Source of the DNA: Botryllus schlosseri
Lineage: Eukaryota
Assembly (NCBI GenBank): GCA_051294905.1
Contig: CM119386.1
Coordinates: 13,826,001 to 13,890,000, forward strand
Length of the DNA stretch: 64,000 bases
Reading direction: 5' to 3'
Made by a program: the position numbers and the translations under genes. Numbering within the stretch: position 1 is the first letter of the stretch; the number at the start of each line of letters is the position of its first letter. Under the pieces are notes generated by a model, which had not been told where the DNA came from, did not search any database, and was given only the letters and a program-made list of their open reading frames with translations. This document shows, in pieces, positions 36,601 to 51,600 of the stretch.

Positions 36601-39600
36601 CAAACACATTTTAATTGTTAAATTGTCATTAGCCTACTGATACAAACATATTGCTGTTTAGAGATGTTTTGTTGGGCATTGTGACAACATACAAAGTTGG
36701 AGCAGTAAGGTCAATCGCGATGACTTCGAAATGTTTGCAGAAATTGATACACATAACCACTATTCCATAATAAATTCAAGATGAGCTGCTAGATAAAAAG
36801 GCTGGACGATATATATGTTCGTTACAAAATCAGATTCTCAATTTTGGTGCCATATTTGCTGGTCGTCGCTTCGTCGGAAGCGTTACGCGTTTCACCACTA
36901 CCTTTCTTTGCGGATATGAATTTAAGACACTCGTTCATATCAAATCACGACACGACCACGTATTTGGATAAATGCTGTTTCGGGATTCATTTTGAAATAT
37001 AAAGAGTCTACCCAATTCCTACATAAGTAGTATGATATTGTTATCAAGAAAAGTAATTTTGCTTGCGTTTATCGATAGCCTGCAGTTGATATTTGCACAA
37101 GACACATGACGATTGCACGATAATTGAGCTAAATTTGGACTAAAAGGTCGGGGGGTCCCCGTGGGGTCCGTCACGGTCCAAAAGGGGTCCGAGAAGACAA
37201 ACAAGTTGAGAACCACTGGTGTAGTAGCTCTCATAAGGATATAAAGTTCTATACATCCAGAGTTCTCGTTGCATATTTTTAGTTTTGATTAAAGTCATCA
37301 AATCTCCAAATTTTTCATCGCTCTTCGCGCGAAATATAACGAAAATATATACCGTATAGTTCCACATATTCTTTTCAATTTTTGAAAAGGGGCGCTGGAG
37401 GGAAAATGTTAAGAACTTCTGCATTAGAGAAATGTATCTTACTCTATCGTTTTTATCATCGGCATATAAGAAGAGCTTCCTGGAGGTAGAGAAATTTAAT
37501 ATACAATTGAGTAGTATATTCATGTTGGTTGAAATAAACCCGGAAATTTTCGGCTGACACCGGTCAGGGGTAATCGTCAGCAACTAGTAGAGAATTGGAA
37601 AGAGCATTACATATCAACAATCGGGATGTTTTCTATAATTATCTAGGCCTACCATTTGGATATGCATTTTTGGCCCAAGATCAACGTTTTGGGGGTCCTT
37701 ACGAAGTACTGTTTCGACCCTGTGTAGGATCACCTAATAATGTGGAATAACTAGAAAGTGGGAATCTATAACAACTCATTCATACGCTGGTCTATTGAGA
37801 TGTGACATGCTACGCCGGGTGGGCAAACTTTTGAGCTCGCGGGCCGCATTCAACATATAAATCCATGCGCGGGCTGCACTATATAAAATTGAGATTATAA
37901 ATCAAAACGCAATATGGGTATTTGATTATATAGTGAGGACATGGAGATAATATATGTGCTTAATTAAAACAAAACAAACATTGCTTTGATGATATCGCAC
38001 ACACGTCAGAAACATAGTGGCGCGAATCGTTTGTATAAGCATATTACTGAAATAATTAAAACTGGAGTGGCCAATATGAAATCCCCCTCGTGATCCGAAT
38101 TATGTCAATCTCGTTTAGGATTTCTGTTATGTTTAGTAGTTGAAACGTTTCAAACTGCGTGAGCCTTGAGATCGGCTGTCGCGCCTGAAATTATACATAA
38201 AGTAAGGAAGTATTTACCTTGGAACAGTGGTTCTCAAACTTTGTAAGACCCCCCCCCTTTATGATAGGGAACGATTTCGCGCCCCCCTTATCGTCATATC
38301 ACAAAACGCAACCAGGGTGCTAGCAAACCTAAGTGATAGTTTGATGGCACGGAAGGTTACGACTATGGATGAGAGATTTTTAAATATGAAATTGAGACTA
38401 AATACAGAGCAACAATGATGAAGTGAATGAGAATCGCGCGAAGCGCGAAATTTTTTTTAGTGGAGCTCAGCTTCGCGCCCCCTTTCACGCCACCAAGGGG
38501 GAGGGGCGCACCCCAGTTTTAGAATTATCATGGTGAAATATACTAAAAAAAGTTTAATCAAGTCCCTGCATTAACTAAATTTTTGGTCGCATTTTACCAA
38601 TATTTCTAAGAAAAGCTTCTTTAGACTCCCGCGGGCCGCACAGAACGGTGTTGCGGGCCGCATGCGACCCGCGGGCCGTAGTTTGCCCACCCCTGTGCTA
38701 CGGGAATAAATGTCTTATATTTTTCGCACCAGTCCACTGCTGCAAGGAGTGTACGGACCCGGGCGGAATAAGATATTCGGTATTCCATATTCATTTCATA
38801 TTCACCCTGTCTTTCAAGCTACTCTAACCCGCCTATAACTAAATTTCAGAACATGACACTCAATTATCGGTCACATTCTAATATCAATCTCGTGCAAACT
38901 GCGTGGAATAGGCTTTGCGGCGGATGTGCTATTTGGAGACAAAACCAGCTTCCGTAGCATATAGTGCACTAAGTGTCTTCCTATGTACAAAAATGGTATC
39001 TATACGGAACCTCTATTTTAGTTCGATAAAGTTCCCTTTGAAGCACTTAACCCCGAACGTATCTCAATATCAGTGGGGATAATCTGACTACCATTTCCAT
39101 TGTCAGCATTTGCTTGGTCGAACATTTCGAGAGAGCCGGGAAAAATCGTATGGACGTATTCGATGCCACGTGGTTCGTAATTGTGACTTTCAGCACCGTG
39201 GGATACGGCGATATCACGCCAACTATATGGCCGTCGAGAGTAGTCATCATGGTGACCATTGTGGTAGCACTTAGCGTACTTCCAAGCAAGGTATGCAGTA
39301 ACATCACTCACGCTGTGTGGTAGGGTCACTAGCCTCAGGTAATGATAATATTCCGATAACTTAAGGACTCTGGACTCAGATATCCCCTTCTTCGAAATTG
39401 CAATTCTATCATTACGTCAGTTAATGGACATGGTCGTCAGGCCGTGGTCCTTATCCGCTGTCCACGCAAACCCCTGGGTTCGTTGAGCCAGTCGCAGGCG
39501 TTAGCTGGAGGTTAAAACACGCGCCCAACTTATACATGCATTAGAAAAGATTTGGAGTAGACATTCATTGTAATCTTTTTGTTTTGTGTGTAAATCATGT

Positions 39601-42600
39601 CTTCACAAAACTTCAATAGTGTTATTCCTTCAATACTGATGCTGATGCGCAGTGCATTAGCTAACCGGTATTCTATATAGTACAGTATTAGAAGTGTAAT
39701 GTGGGCGAGTTTTATTTTGTGACTATATGCGAAAATTAGGGGTTCATCAGGTTAGTTAAGGTTAAGAACCACTGTTTTAAAAGGTATGAACCAATGCAAA
39801 GCAGCCTTCAGTATATATAGTGGCGACATAAGCAGTTGGGCCTAAGTCTGACCAACAAATGCTCAGGGTGTCTAGACGCGCCGATTTTAAAAGTATTGAA
39901 CCGGAATAGCCTGAATAATTTGCGAATCGTCTGAATATAGGTCGAACTGATAGTGTCACGAACGGGGCTCTAATAGCTCCAAGGCTTTATTAATAATTCA
40001 CGCAGACGGCATGTTTTGACGACGGATTACTCGCCCAAGAATTTGTCGCCGAATTAATTCGTGACTATATTCCCGTGAAATCCATTCGTGTGTGATGGAA
40101 AATTTAACAAGTGTTCAAGGCGCATTAGCAGGCAAGGGCTAGGCCGCGAAGGCTTAAGCCCCACAAATGACGAAGATATCGGTTACAGATCACTGTAGTC
40201 GCAACAATGGATTGGCCATATCCCAAGGTTGTCCAGACATTTCTGCGGCGCTGCCATTTTGGAATTCTCGTGAGCTATCTTGAGTTGCATTATTGCTCAA
40301 AATGTTAAAATCACGTACATTGTATACTAAGCTATGTGCTACCCAGGGTTGTAATGACTCGAGTCACGATTTTGTGATGACTCGACTTGACTCGAGTCAT
40401 TTTCTCAAAATACGGAAATGATTCGACTCACGTCGAGTCAATCTGTGTATTGACTCGACTTGGACTCGAGTCATTGCACATGACTCGAACCAAGTCATAT
40501 GACTCGATACTCAGACGGCCAAGACCGACATTTCATTGTAATTTCGAAGATTAGTAAAGTAACCACACTATTGGGATTTCGTCTATTGGTACTGGAACTT
40601 GAAAATGCGACCAAAAAATCCTAAAAGTGAGGAAAATTATTATATTTTAAATGCGAACCATTCGATATCACCAAACAAAGCTTTAAAAAGTGGGTTTACA
40701 AGACTTTAACTGGAAACTGAGCAGTCAACACAATGACTTGGACTCGGACTCGAGCCATAATACCATGACTCGGACTCGACCCTCTGTTCGCTGACTTAGG
40801 ACTCGGACTTGACTAAGTGATGATTTTAAAATGACTCGACTTGACTCGAGTCAAAACTATAGAAGTGAGATTGACTTGTGACTCGGAGCCTAGTGACTTG
40901 GTTACAACCCTGGTGCTACCCTCCAAACTCATAGAATTTTAATACAGATACTAGTTTGCAATTCGTCTTGCTGTAGACAGAGAATTCAACAACCTTTAAC
41001 CAGACAATGTTACCTTAAAGAAATTGTTTGCTCTCAGGTACATATGGCGCGAAAAAAATACAGTTGTGAAATTTCATAGATACACTGCATGTTGGCTTAA
41101 CCAACAAATTTTCGTTACGATTTTCAAGATTTTTGAGGAGATATGCACACCCTTACAATATGCCACCCTTATGGCTACGCTGGTGATTATAGGTAGGCCT
41201 ATACTACCTCCGATTCCTTACGAATTGGAACTTCGCTACAGTTACATTGCTACGAAGATACAAATAAAATTGCATTTCTGCCAGTTCAAGTCTTCACATA
41301 TAGCATATGTGCACTGTGCAGTCTGCACTTCGTTGCTGACAATGTTCACGATTGTTTAACTCCATTTCACCTATACGTAAGCCGTACAATCCTTCATAGA
41401 TTGAGGATTTGGCACATCTATGGTCGCAAAGACAAAAACAAGGCGGGGTTTACAGCAGGCAGAGGGCCACGACGGAAAAGCATGTAATCGTATGCGCCAC
41501 GGGTATGCGAAAAACAACCATTTTGGCAATCTGCCAATATATTTTTGTTATGACCCAGAGCTTCGCCTGGACGTGATTATGCAGTTTCTAAACGAATTCT
41601 ACGCCCATCCGACCTTTCAAAAGCATTACGTCGTTCTGTTATCCCCGACTGAGCTGGAAGGGTCATTGAAGATTTTCATGCAAATCCCGATTTGGACGGA
41701 ACGGGTGATTTATCTGCAAGGGTCGGCTCTGCGCGAGAGCGATTTGTTGAGAGCGAAGTGAGATATTTCTGAGTAGGCCTATACTCAATTGGTCGTTCTC
41801 TGTACCAACACAGCCTAGTTTACAGACTTTTTCCATTTGTATACTGTCATGACTTTTCAGTCACCAATACGTGCGTTTCGTCTCAATTAAAATACACCGT
41901 GAGGTGGTCAAAGTAGTCAGCATTACTTCTCATGGACAAGTATAGAAATAACTCCGTAAATTCTTACTAAATTACAAGTAAAAGCACCAATTTACAAGAC
42001 ATGTTGACTATACTTCAAGTTTCAAAAAGTAGATTCTGTCTAGGAATGTCATACTTGTAACAGTTAACCGGTGTTTCCTGCCTTCGAAATTGCAAGATGT
42101 ATCCACGAGACTAATGCAAAATAAGTCTATAAATAGATAGAATATCCGGAGATATATTCCTTCATCAGATACCGTGATACAGGGTTCTATGGCACTTTCA
42201 CCCATACAGGCGATGCAAACATAACACAAAACCACTTTCTACTTTGCAAAATTGTAATTGCAAAATGAAAATAGTTTTGCCTAAAAACTGTCCAAGTAGC
42301 AGTCTCGAATCGTGATCTACTTGAGTACTGCGAAAACGTACATGTAGTTTGCTACTGACCACATCTGAATACAGCGCTTCGTAACGCTATTGACCATTAA
42401 GTGTTCGTGACGTCCGGATGCACTTTCCATATTTTCGACGCTGCTTAGTAGGCCTACTCAAACATGGGCACATTACGAATCTCTGGCTTTCCACATATAT
42501 TTGCATTGGTTCGGCTTTCCACGGGGATGCTTCCTCTTCTACTATTACTCTTGGGTATAATTTATTGCTGAGAACTCGTTTTCCATCTCTGTTCGCACAG

Positions 42601-45600
42601 GAATTTAATCCCTCTAACGGACACCTGTTGTTTCAGGCTCGACGCGGCTGAAGCTTGTTTTATTTTGACTTCTCGGCAAGAAGAGCATCGCGACGCGGCA
42701 GACCAGAAAACCATTCTCCGCGCGATGGCGTGCAAGGAACACGCGCCGCACTGTCCGCTTTACGTTCAAATTCTCAAACCGGAGTCCAAGTTTCATGTTC
42801 AATTTGCAGATCAGGTATCCGAAGCAATATGGTGCGGTTTTCAGTTATTTGTTTATACCGCTACGGAGCTGGATATTTTCATCGTGTATATACTTGTAAA
42901 ATTATATATCCAAAGCAAAAAAACACAAGTAAGGTTAAACTATATTATATATAGTTGTCGACTGACTTCAGGCTTGATGTCTGTTTCGATACATAGGTGA
43001 CTGAGATCCAAAAATCCCATCCCTAAAGCCAGCCGACAACTATATCCTTCAAGTCAAGCTATAATGCATTTGAAATAAGTAATTAACTAGAAGGTCCAAA
43101 ACTTCAGTATACAATCAGTATTCATCTATTCATATCATTCATATTCACAGGGGTCAGGGGTAATCGTCAGCAAATAACTGGTAGAGAATTCAACTGAACT
43201 TTGTATATATCAACACTTCACCAGTCGTATATTATTTATAATGCTGACGATAACCCCTGACAAGTGTCAGCCGACAATATTCATGTTTATTTCAATATGA
43301 ATATATTAATCAATTGTAATTAACTTTGGTGCTCGAGCCTTCATTTTGCCGGCAGCCCGCCTCTTGCGATCACGGTTTTAGATATAACTCTAGTCTACAT
43401 GAATATCTGACTCAAATTGCGTCCGAAACGAAAAATATGATTGAAGCTATTCCCAGCATTAGTGTAGTCGATCACTTACACTCAGCGATATACTGACAGG
43501 TCATATGCGATGAGGAATTCAAATATGCGTTGCTGGCGATGAACTGCTACATTCCTGGCCTGTCTGCGATGGTCACCATGCTTGCACATACGTCAAAAGG
43601 AAGGTAAATCAATCAGCGTTTAGGGTCGAATTTGTAAATAGAATAATACTTAATTACTAACTAGGCCTATTACAAGGAAGGATCTGCATATGGAAGTCGC
43701 GTTGATTCCGTAAACTCAAAAAGAAGCCGAGTGTGAATTGGGCATGGAACTTCCAAATTTTTTGCATTGGAAATCCCGTCGTTTATTATAGCTTGTAGAT
43801 TATCGCATTGCTCGTGATATTAAAATCAACATTTCCAGCACGTAGCGATCTCTCGCACAATAAACTGACATAGCATGGCGACTGACGAACCTGTAAAAGA
43901 TTTCGCTATATATATTCGATGACGATGACTGCACTTGAGGACTAACGCTGACTAATTTGACCACCTATGCCAGTGGTTCCCAACCTTTTTGTCTTCATTC
44001 CCCACTTCAGATTTATTCCGAGCCTTCATTCCCCACCAGACCGTAACAACTAGGGATGGTGTGAACCTCTAAAAGGTTCAGGTTCGTGTGAACGTGAACC
44101 TTTTTGAAAGGTTCTGTGTGAACACGAACGTGAACACGAACGTGAACCTCATGACGTCACGTTACGTCATATTGCTAATTTAAACCCCATATTTCAATTA
44201 GGTGATTGCCTATATTAATCTACTGTACACGATACCGAGCGACGACTCGGGGCCACGTAATAGCTCAGTACTTAAGTACATATTGACGTTTGAAACGTCG
44301 CCAAATGTATCAACTGGGGCAATCAAATGATATAATAATCCCATAAAATCAGTAGGCTATCTTGCGTCGCTTTGCCAACAATTTCGACCTGATCGGACAT
44401 TGTATTCGGCGTCTGAGTATTGCCAAGCATGGATATTGAGCAGAGTGTAAAATGGGTTTCTATACTTGCTACCGATTAACAAGTTATACAGCAGTATAGC
44501 CAACACTCCAGTCGCACGAATTTGGTTTTTATGATACAGTATACAATGTAGTCAAGATTGACCCAGCACGCCTGCTAGATTTTTACATCAGAAGACGATA
44601 TCAATCTCATTGATTGGTTGAATAAGGATCATTTGCTGACAAAATACAGTGTGTTTCGCTCTTGATGTCATGTGATTGCGGGTCAAGCTCACAGCACAGA
44701 CACTAAATATGCACAAACGGAAGGCTGGATATTTCGAGCAAACTTTTGTAACAATACAAGTAAATTTTTGAGATTGTCAAGGGCATGTTCGTTTAGTGTT
44801 GAATGTTTATGCTGCCAGCCCCATGCATAGAGTGGCCCGCAGTTGAAAGTCGATAAATTTGAACCAAAGATGTTATATTGAAGTGAAAATTGCAATATAT
44901 GAAAAAGGTTCACAGTGCAGAACCTACCAAGGTTCTGTTGTGAACGCGAACCTCAAATTTTCCGAGGTTCACACACAGAACACGAACGTGAACCTCACGT
45001 TCACACCATCCCTAGTAACAACACTTCGTCAGCCCCGCCAAAAAAAAACGTTGATCTTGGGCCCCCACAGGGGGATAAACCTAACTTCTGGGGGGCGAAG
45101 ACCCCAGAACCCCCTCAGCCGTGCCAAGCCTGTACGCTTTTTTCCGCTACTTGTCAGTTATATTGAGTATACTGTTTAGTGCGTCGCCTTATTCGGACTA
45201 AATGCGCGAATCGCGAAAAATTTGTATAGTTCGTGTTTGAATCGGTAAATTTGATCGGGAATTGCATATATTTTGTTATCAATTTTTATTCCCTCTCTGC
45301 TCACGTAATCAGATTTACCGCTAGAGCTGAGTGAGGTGTGTTGGAAAAGGTAAGACCCCTAAATAAGAATTAAACATTTTCAGGCAGACCTGTTGGCTTA
45401 TTGACTTCATTACATTATGATATTTTGTGACCTCCTATATCTGCTATGTCAAAAGATATGGAAATCGCACAAACTAAAAGGCACACACGATTTCTAATTG
45501 GTATTGCTTTGCTGGCAAATAGTTTTTCCCTGCGGGATTGCATTTGCCCTGTGCAGTTCAGATCGCCAGGACAGGCACATTCGACGCCAGCCATTTAGCC

Positions 45601-48600
45601 ACCTATGGACAATTAAACATATTGCATTGTATATATATCGAAGTTTTCGGTCACCACAAGGCCATTCCTTCTCGGTCAAGGTCTTCTCGCTGCTAATCGT
45701 TCTGGCACACTTTTTGGAGTTGCATTTTACATGGCCTTGGTGCGTCGTGGCGCAGTAATGGCCCACACCGTAGTCTTCATTTCTATATATTCTACGTATT
45801 TTCGTGGGGGAAGGGTACCGAATGATTAGATATTCGGCAATATTTAATCACGAACTCAGCGCGAAAAGTTTTTGATAAAGTGGCATAAATTTCCAAAAAA
45901 TACTTTAATTTATGTTAATTGAGGAAATAATTTTGGGCCTCTTCGAGCTCGCCCCCCCCCAATTGGGGGGTTTGGGGTGCTGCAGTTACGGTCCTGCTCT
46001 GCACTACCCAGCACTTTCGTCATCACAGAGCAGCTATCTGCTGGTTTGACTACACAAGGCAAACAACCACACCAGTACGCAAGACAATCGCCTTTAAGTA
46101 CAACATAAAACGTATTGTGAACCGATACCAGTAACGCTCAAAATTTCGCGAACGCGTTATTTCACGTCAAACTAGTCGTGCTGGATGCGTTTGTGACGCC
46201 ATCATTGGCCATCCAGAGTTAAAAATGAGGTTTTGTGAACAACACTCAATTTAATTTTCGATACATACGTTCCAGAGCAGTTAACGGTAATTGCGCATGT
46301 GTCTCCGTGAATATGTAGACTGTCCTGTATATAATTTTTGAACAAATGCGTCTATTCCCCACTAGAAATCATTGAATTCCCACTAGTGGGGGATTCCCCA
46401 CCGTTTGGGAACCACTGACCTATGCTATTAAATAGCCTGTACGAAGAGATTTCTAAATTTATCTGTTAGGATTGGCTGATCGCACGTATTCTTATAGTCT
46501 CGTGGATAACTTTATATAATAAGACGCGTATTGATGTGATGACGTCAATCTAAACTTCTGAAGATGTCTATCAATCAACATCAGCCCTTAAACATATCCT
46601 TGTCATCGAAACTACTTGTTCGTCAGGGAAGGAAGCTCTCTGAAGGCGGAATGGAAGCGAATGGTGGGCCGCAGTGCGGGCAACGAAATTTACCACGTGC
46701 TGGCGGACGAAAGCAAATTTTTCGGGGAATACATCGGTTACCGATTCGCGCACGCGTCGCAGCTCGCGCACGCGAAGTACGTTACCGAGACACCTTCCCA
46801 ACATAGATGGATAACTAGGGAATTTTCAGGTTTTCAGAATTAGAATAGAAGTTGAATTATCGCTAAGCAGTTTTTTTCAGGTTAGATTGGAATTAGAATT
46901 ACTGAATTCGCGAAAACTGGGAATTACTTCTACGCCTGCTTGACATTTTCAGTTTTTTTTATGCGAAACTATTTACTTTTTTACTTACTTGTCAATTACT
47001 ACTTCTAATTCTACTTAAGTACCGACGGTGACTACTTGACCTCTGGGAAGTAATACAACAAAAACCAAGTTAAGTTCGCATCGAATTCCTTTCTCACAAG
47101 CATGAGAATTGCTAATGTCTGTACACCAAGATTGATTCGTTTCTCACTTTACAGTTCTCCCGTACCATTTTCAGGAAAACCAGAAATTAGATAGGAATTG
47201 CAATTAGAGCTGGGAAATATGTCACCAATTGGATTAGAATTAGATTGCCGGCCTTTCGATCTAGTTACTTCAATGGGGTTCTTAATCTTGATGTTACCGC
47301 CGAACTCTAAATCGGTTTGGGTGACTGCGTGGACCTCCAACCGCAAAATTCTCAACGGATCGTAAAAACCGTTTCGTATCTCAGATGCGGTGCGACTCTG
47401 TTCGGCATGCAGCGCGAGGGTCAGATCTTCATCAATCCCGGCTTTTCGCGGGTTATAGAACACGGAGATGTGTTGTTCTACATTTGCCTCACCAGCGAAG
47501 AGGACGCGGTGATCGTGAAACAGGGTGACGAGGAGGAAGAGATTGGTTTTCTGGCGAGAACTGTTGCCAGCGGGGCCGAGAAAGCGCTTTTCGAAAAGGA
47601 GGCCGTGCGTCGATGTTCTACCGACGCGGGTAGTCGAGAAAATTCTATTCGACTAACGGAAGAAGGTAAATGTCAGGGTTGTAAACAAGTCACAAGGTTC
47701 CGAGTCATAAGTCAATCTCATTTTTATAGTTTTGACTTGGGTTTATAGTCGAGTCATTTTCTATTCACGACCATGTCAAATCCGGGTCCAAGTCAGGGGG
47801 CATAGGGTCGAGTCCGAGTCATAGCGTTGAGAGACTCGAGTCCGGGTCATTGTGTTCACTGTTTGGTGTTCAGTTTCGATCTCAAATCATATGCAACCCA
47901 CTTTTCACAACTCTGCTTGGGTAATAATATCTAAATTTGCCACACTATCGCCCTATTGTTCAAGTACCAGTACATGATAGACGAAATACTAATAATGCGG
48001 TAGCTTTAATATTCTTTAAAGTTATTAAATTAATAAAATGACTCGAATCAAGTCAAGCCACCAACAAATCGCGATTCAAGTCATTAAAACGCTGATATAT
48101 ATGTCCACCTCACTGCTCAATAGAAAGATTCCAAACATGGACCGACCAGTAGATTATATTGCGTGTAATGTATACTCGTGACCCTTTAAATTCTTGTTGC
48201 AGTCAACGCATGACATATGTTACCAAGTGCGTTGCAACTGAATTGAGGAACTGATGTCAAAATATTTCCAGCTCCGAAGTCGATTTCTCTCCTTTACTGT
48301 ATCTTCCACGTCTGGTGGTTATTGTTGTATTTCTGGCCGGCGACCTATTTCTTATTGATGTCCTGCGTACAACCCATGCATTACTCGATGCATATAAGAT
48401 TACCAATTGTACTTTATATTGCTAAGGCTCGACACATTGTTAGTTAGATATATCATAAGTAGGTGCAAGCGTTATGATAAATGGTTCGATTAATTAGGAT
48501 AACGATTTCTGTAAACCCAATGTATTCTTTCAGATTCTCCAGATGTTGAATTAGATTCGGACATCGTTGGTAAATCAGAAATGGAAGACACGAGCAGGTT

Positions 48601-51600
48601 ATTTGGTATATTCCTAAAATTAAAAAGGAAATAGTTTTTCATGCAAATCTCTTCATTGAGCAATACTTAAGTTTAACTACGTCATGATGCCTCATCTCAT
48701 TTACTAATGAATCATTCGGTACCATACAAGGAACAGGGCTTATAAATATTAGTTATTCGACAATATCAGCCAATTTCCAAAGTATATTCACAGAAAAGAT
48801 AAAATTTCTCGACTGCGAATTTATAGATCGACTCCTATTCACAGAATCACCGTTGGATTTCCGCCTATCTTCCCTTACATGGGACACGTGACTCCCACGC
48901 TCTGTTACATTCTGAAGGAACGGAAAATGTACTGCTGCTTGCGACATGATAGGGTATATCCCCGCCATGGATTTGTCGCGTACCTAGTTCGAAACTTGAT
49001 GATAGTTCTTAATTTCTTATAGAAATGCAGCCATCCTCGACGGAATGAATCTGAGAACGACCCGATCATTGTGTGCGCCGAATTCGCTACCCCAAGTCTG
49101 GTCAATGTCATGATACCTTTGAGGGCTCATTACAGGTAAATGGCGTGAAATCCCTTTATATAATGGCGCTTTTGTAACTCGGATTACGTATGCATATATA
49201 CATTTACTTTATACATATACATCTAGATCACAAGAGGATCTCAATCCACTCATACTAGTGCTGGAACACTCGCCGGAAAATGAGTTTTTGGAAGCAATGA
49301 GCTGTTTTCCGATGGTGTATTATATGTTGGGAAACATGGGAAAGTATGATGTTTGGTTGGTTGGGATGTGGACGCAGATTTAGCTTCACCATCTTCATTT
49401 GTTCATTCGCAGCTTGGACGCGTTACTCGTTGCCGGTATCATCCGTGCTCATACTGTAATAATCATCGATAGAGTGACGTCTGTGTATGCGCACGAGGAA
49501 TACATGGCCGATTCAGGGTGATTTTTGTTGTACACGACTTTCGTATAAAATAGGACATTGCTCCCATTATAGTCTTGTGATTTGATTATGCTGTCCGCGC
49601 AGTACTTTGGTCAGGGATAGTCAGTAACAAAGTAGATTTCGCTTACTGGTAATACTTTTGATTTTGGTTACGCCTCTTCGGAACACAATTATAATTATTG
49701 TACCTACCATCTGCCATATATTCTATTCGCGTTGCCCCGTGATTTCTGTCCATTGTCGGGAGTTTTGGGGCATCACAGTGTAATATAACGGCACTGCTGG
49801 CAACATAACTTCAAACTTCTTAACGTGACTCGAATGAAGACCGCTTCGATGAGCCGTGTGTTCTGATCAAGTCACGCCGTTGGCAGGCGTAAATAAGAGT
49901 GTGGCGTGTGATTTTATGATGTCGTTTTCTACAGGCAACTCGTTGCAGCTCAATCCATCTTCAAGCTTTTCCCGTCGACACGAACGTGTCTCGAACTCAC
50001 TCATGCTTCCAACATGAGATTCAATCGATTCGTTTCGCCTGATGAGCGACTAACAGCAGACGAAATACAAGAGGTGGATGCTATTGAGATGACTGCTTAG
50101 TTCGTTAGAATTGTCTCTGTTTTCATTAGATTAGCTACTTGGTCGGATCAGACTGGAGAGCTTTAACTTAACTTCCGAATTCCTACCGATACCTAAGTAT
50201 TGGAAGTTTAGGCGCCTCCTGGTCATGTGATACGTGTAGGATTATAGGTAGACGGTGTCTTAAACAAAAATAGAACGAAACTGGGCCGTGCTACAAGTCG
50301 TGGCAAATTTTGTGGTAGTGAATTTCAAAAGATATGTCCCAAGTAGTCAATGGATCTTTTAGTTGAGCTACTATTAGATGGGGATAACTAGATATTGAAT
50401 CCGAAATGAGGAAACATAACCTACTAAAGTAGTAACGAACTATTCAACTATCACCTCCTTACGTCGAATGCTGCCTCACTGACCTTCAATTTCAGAAAAA
50501 ATTATCGCAAAGGGCTGCATTTCTCCCTTACCTGTTCTGCGAGTCTTTCGTTGCTGGCGAGGTCTTCAGCTCCAGCATGTTGGACACGTTGCTGTATCAA
50601 TCGATGGTAAAAAATTACTTGATGACACTGCTGCGACTGCTTCTAGGCCTGCAGTACGGACCTGGTTCGGGTCATCTAACTACGGTAAGATATATTACGT
50701 AATTTGTAAATCTTTTCGATTCATACTTAATAGGATCAACCATACGCAGTGGTTTCAACTTTGTGCACTGCAACCGCACGGTAGTCAATCGATATCGTAT
50801 TGCGCGGGAAAACCGCATCTCGAGAGTAAATTGACACGCTCCGGCGACTTTATGGCTCTCGCACCTTTCGCTGGCTAGCATATTTTTGTTCTCCATGCAC
50901 GGTAACACACCGTCCACGTCCTTTACGATATCGTAGCTATCATCTATCGTTATTTCGTGACTACGGACGTGATATTACGATTAAGTCTTGTGAATAGTAT
51001 GTTAATGTTTCATCTGACGCTTTTATCATTCTTTTTACCGAGAATTCTTGTCATAATTCTTTTCATTCTCGCTTACAAGCATGTAATCACGAAGTTTGAA
51101 GACACTCGAAAATATTCGTCAATTTTCAAAGAGATCAGCTACCGGACCGGAGGGGTCGTTTTGGGGATTTTCAGAAAGGAAACGCCGCATAAGTCAAAAG
51201 GCGATACGGCGCGAGCGAAATTTAACTCAAGTAAGATCATTTGACTCCATCCCTAACTTATTTTTTCCAGTGATTAGATGGTGTGCGATGTAGGACAGGC
51301 CTGGATATCTCTGTTGTCACTTCATTATTATAGAATATGGCATGCATAGCAAATGCCAATAACACAATTCTCTAGAGCTTGTGGTGTGATACAGTAGGAT
51401 ACAGGTCTTTGTGTCTCTGTGGTTGGATTTTTACGTAGTAAATGGCATACGTATCAAATGTGAGCAGACTGAGCACTGCACTCAATTCTTGGTGTACATA
51501 TGGACTGGTTTACTTGTGAATTTTCCAATTAGAACGTTTGATATTGTTTCAGTGAACGAGATATCCGAATCATCGCCAGAACCGAAAAAAGTGCAAAAGA

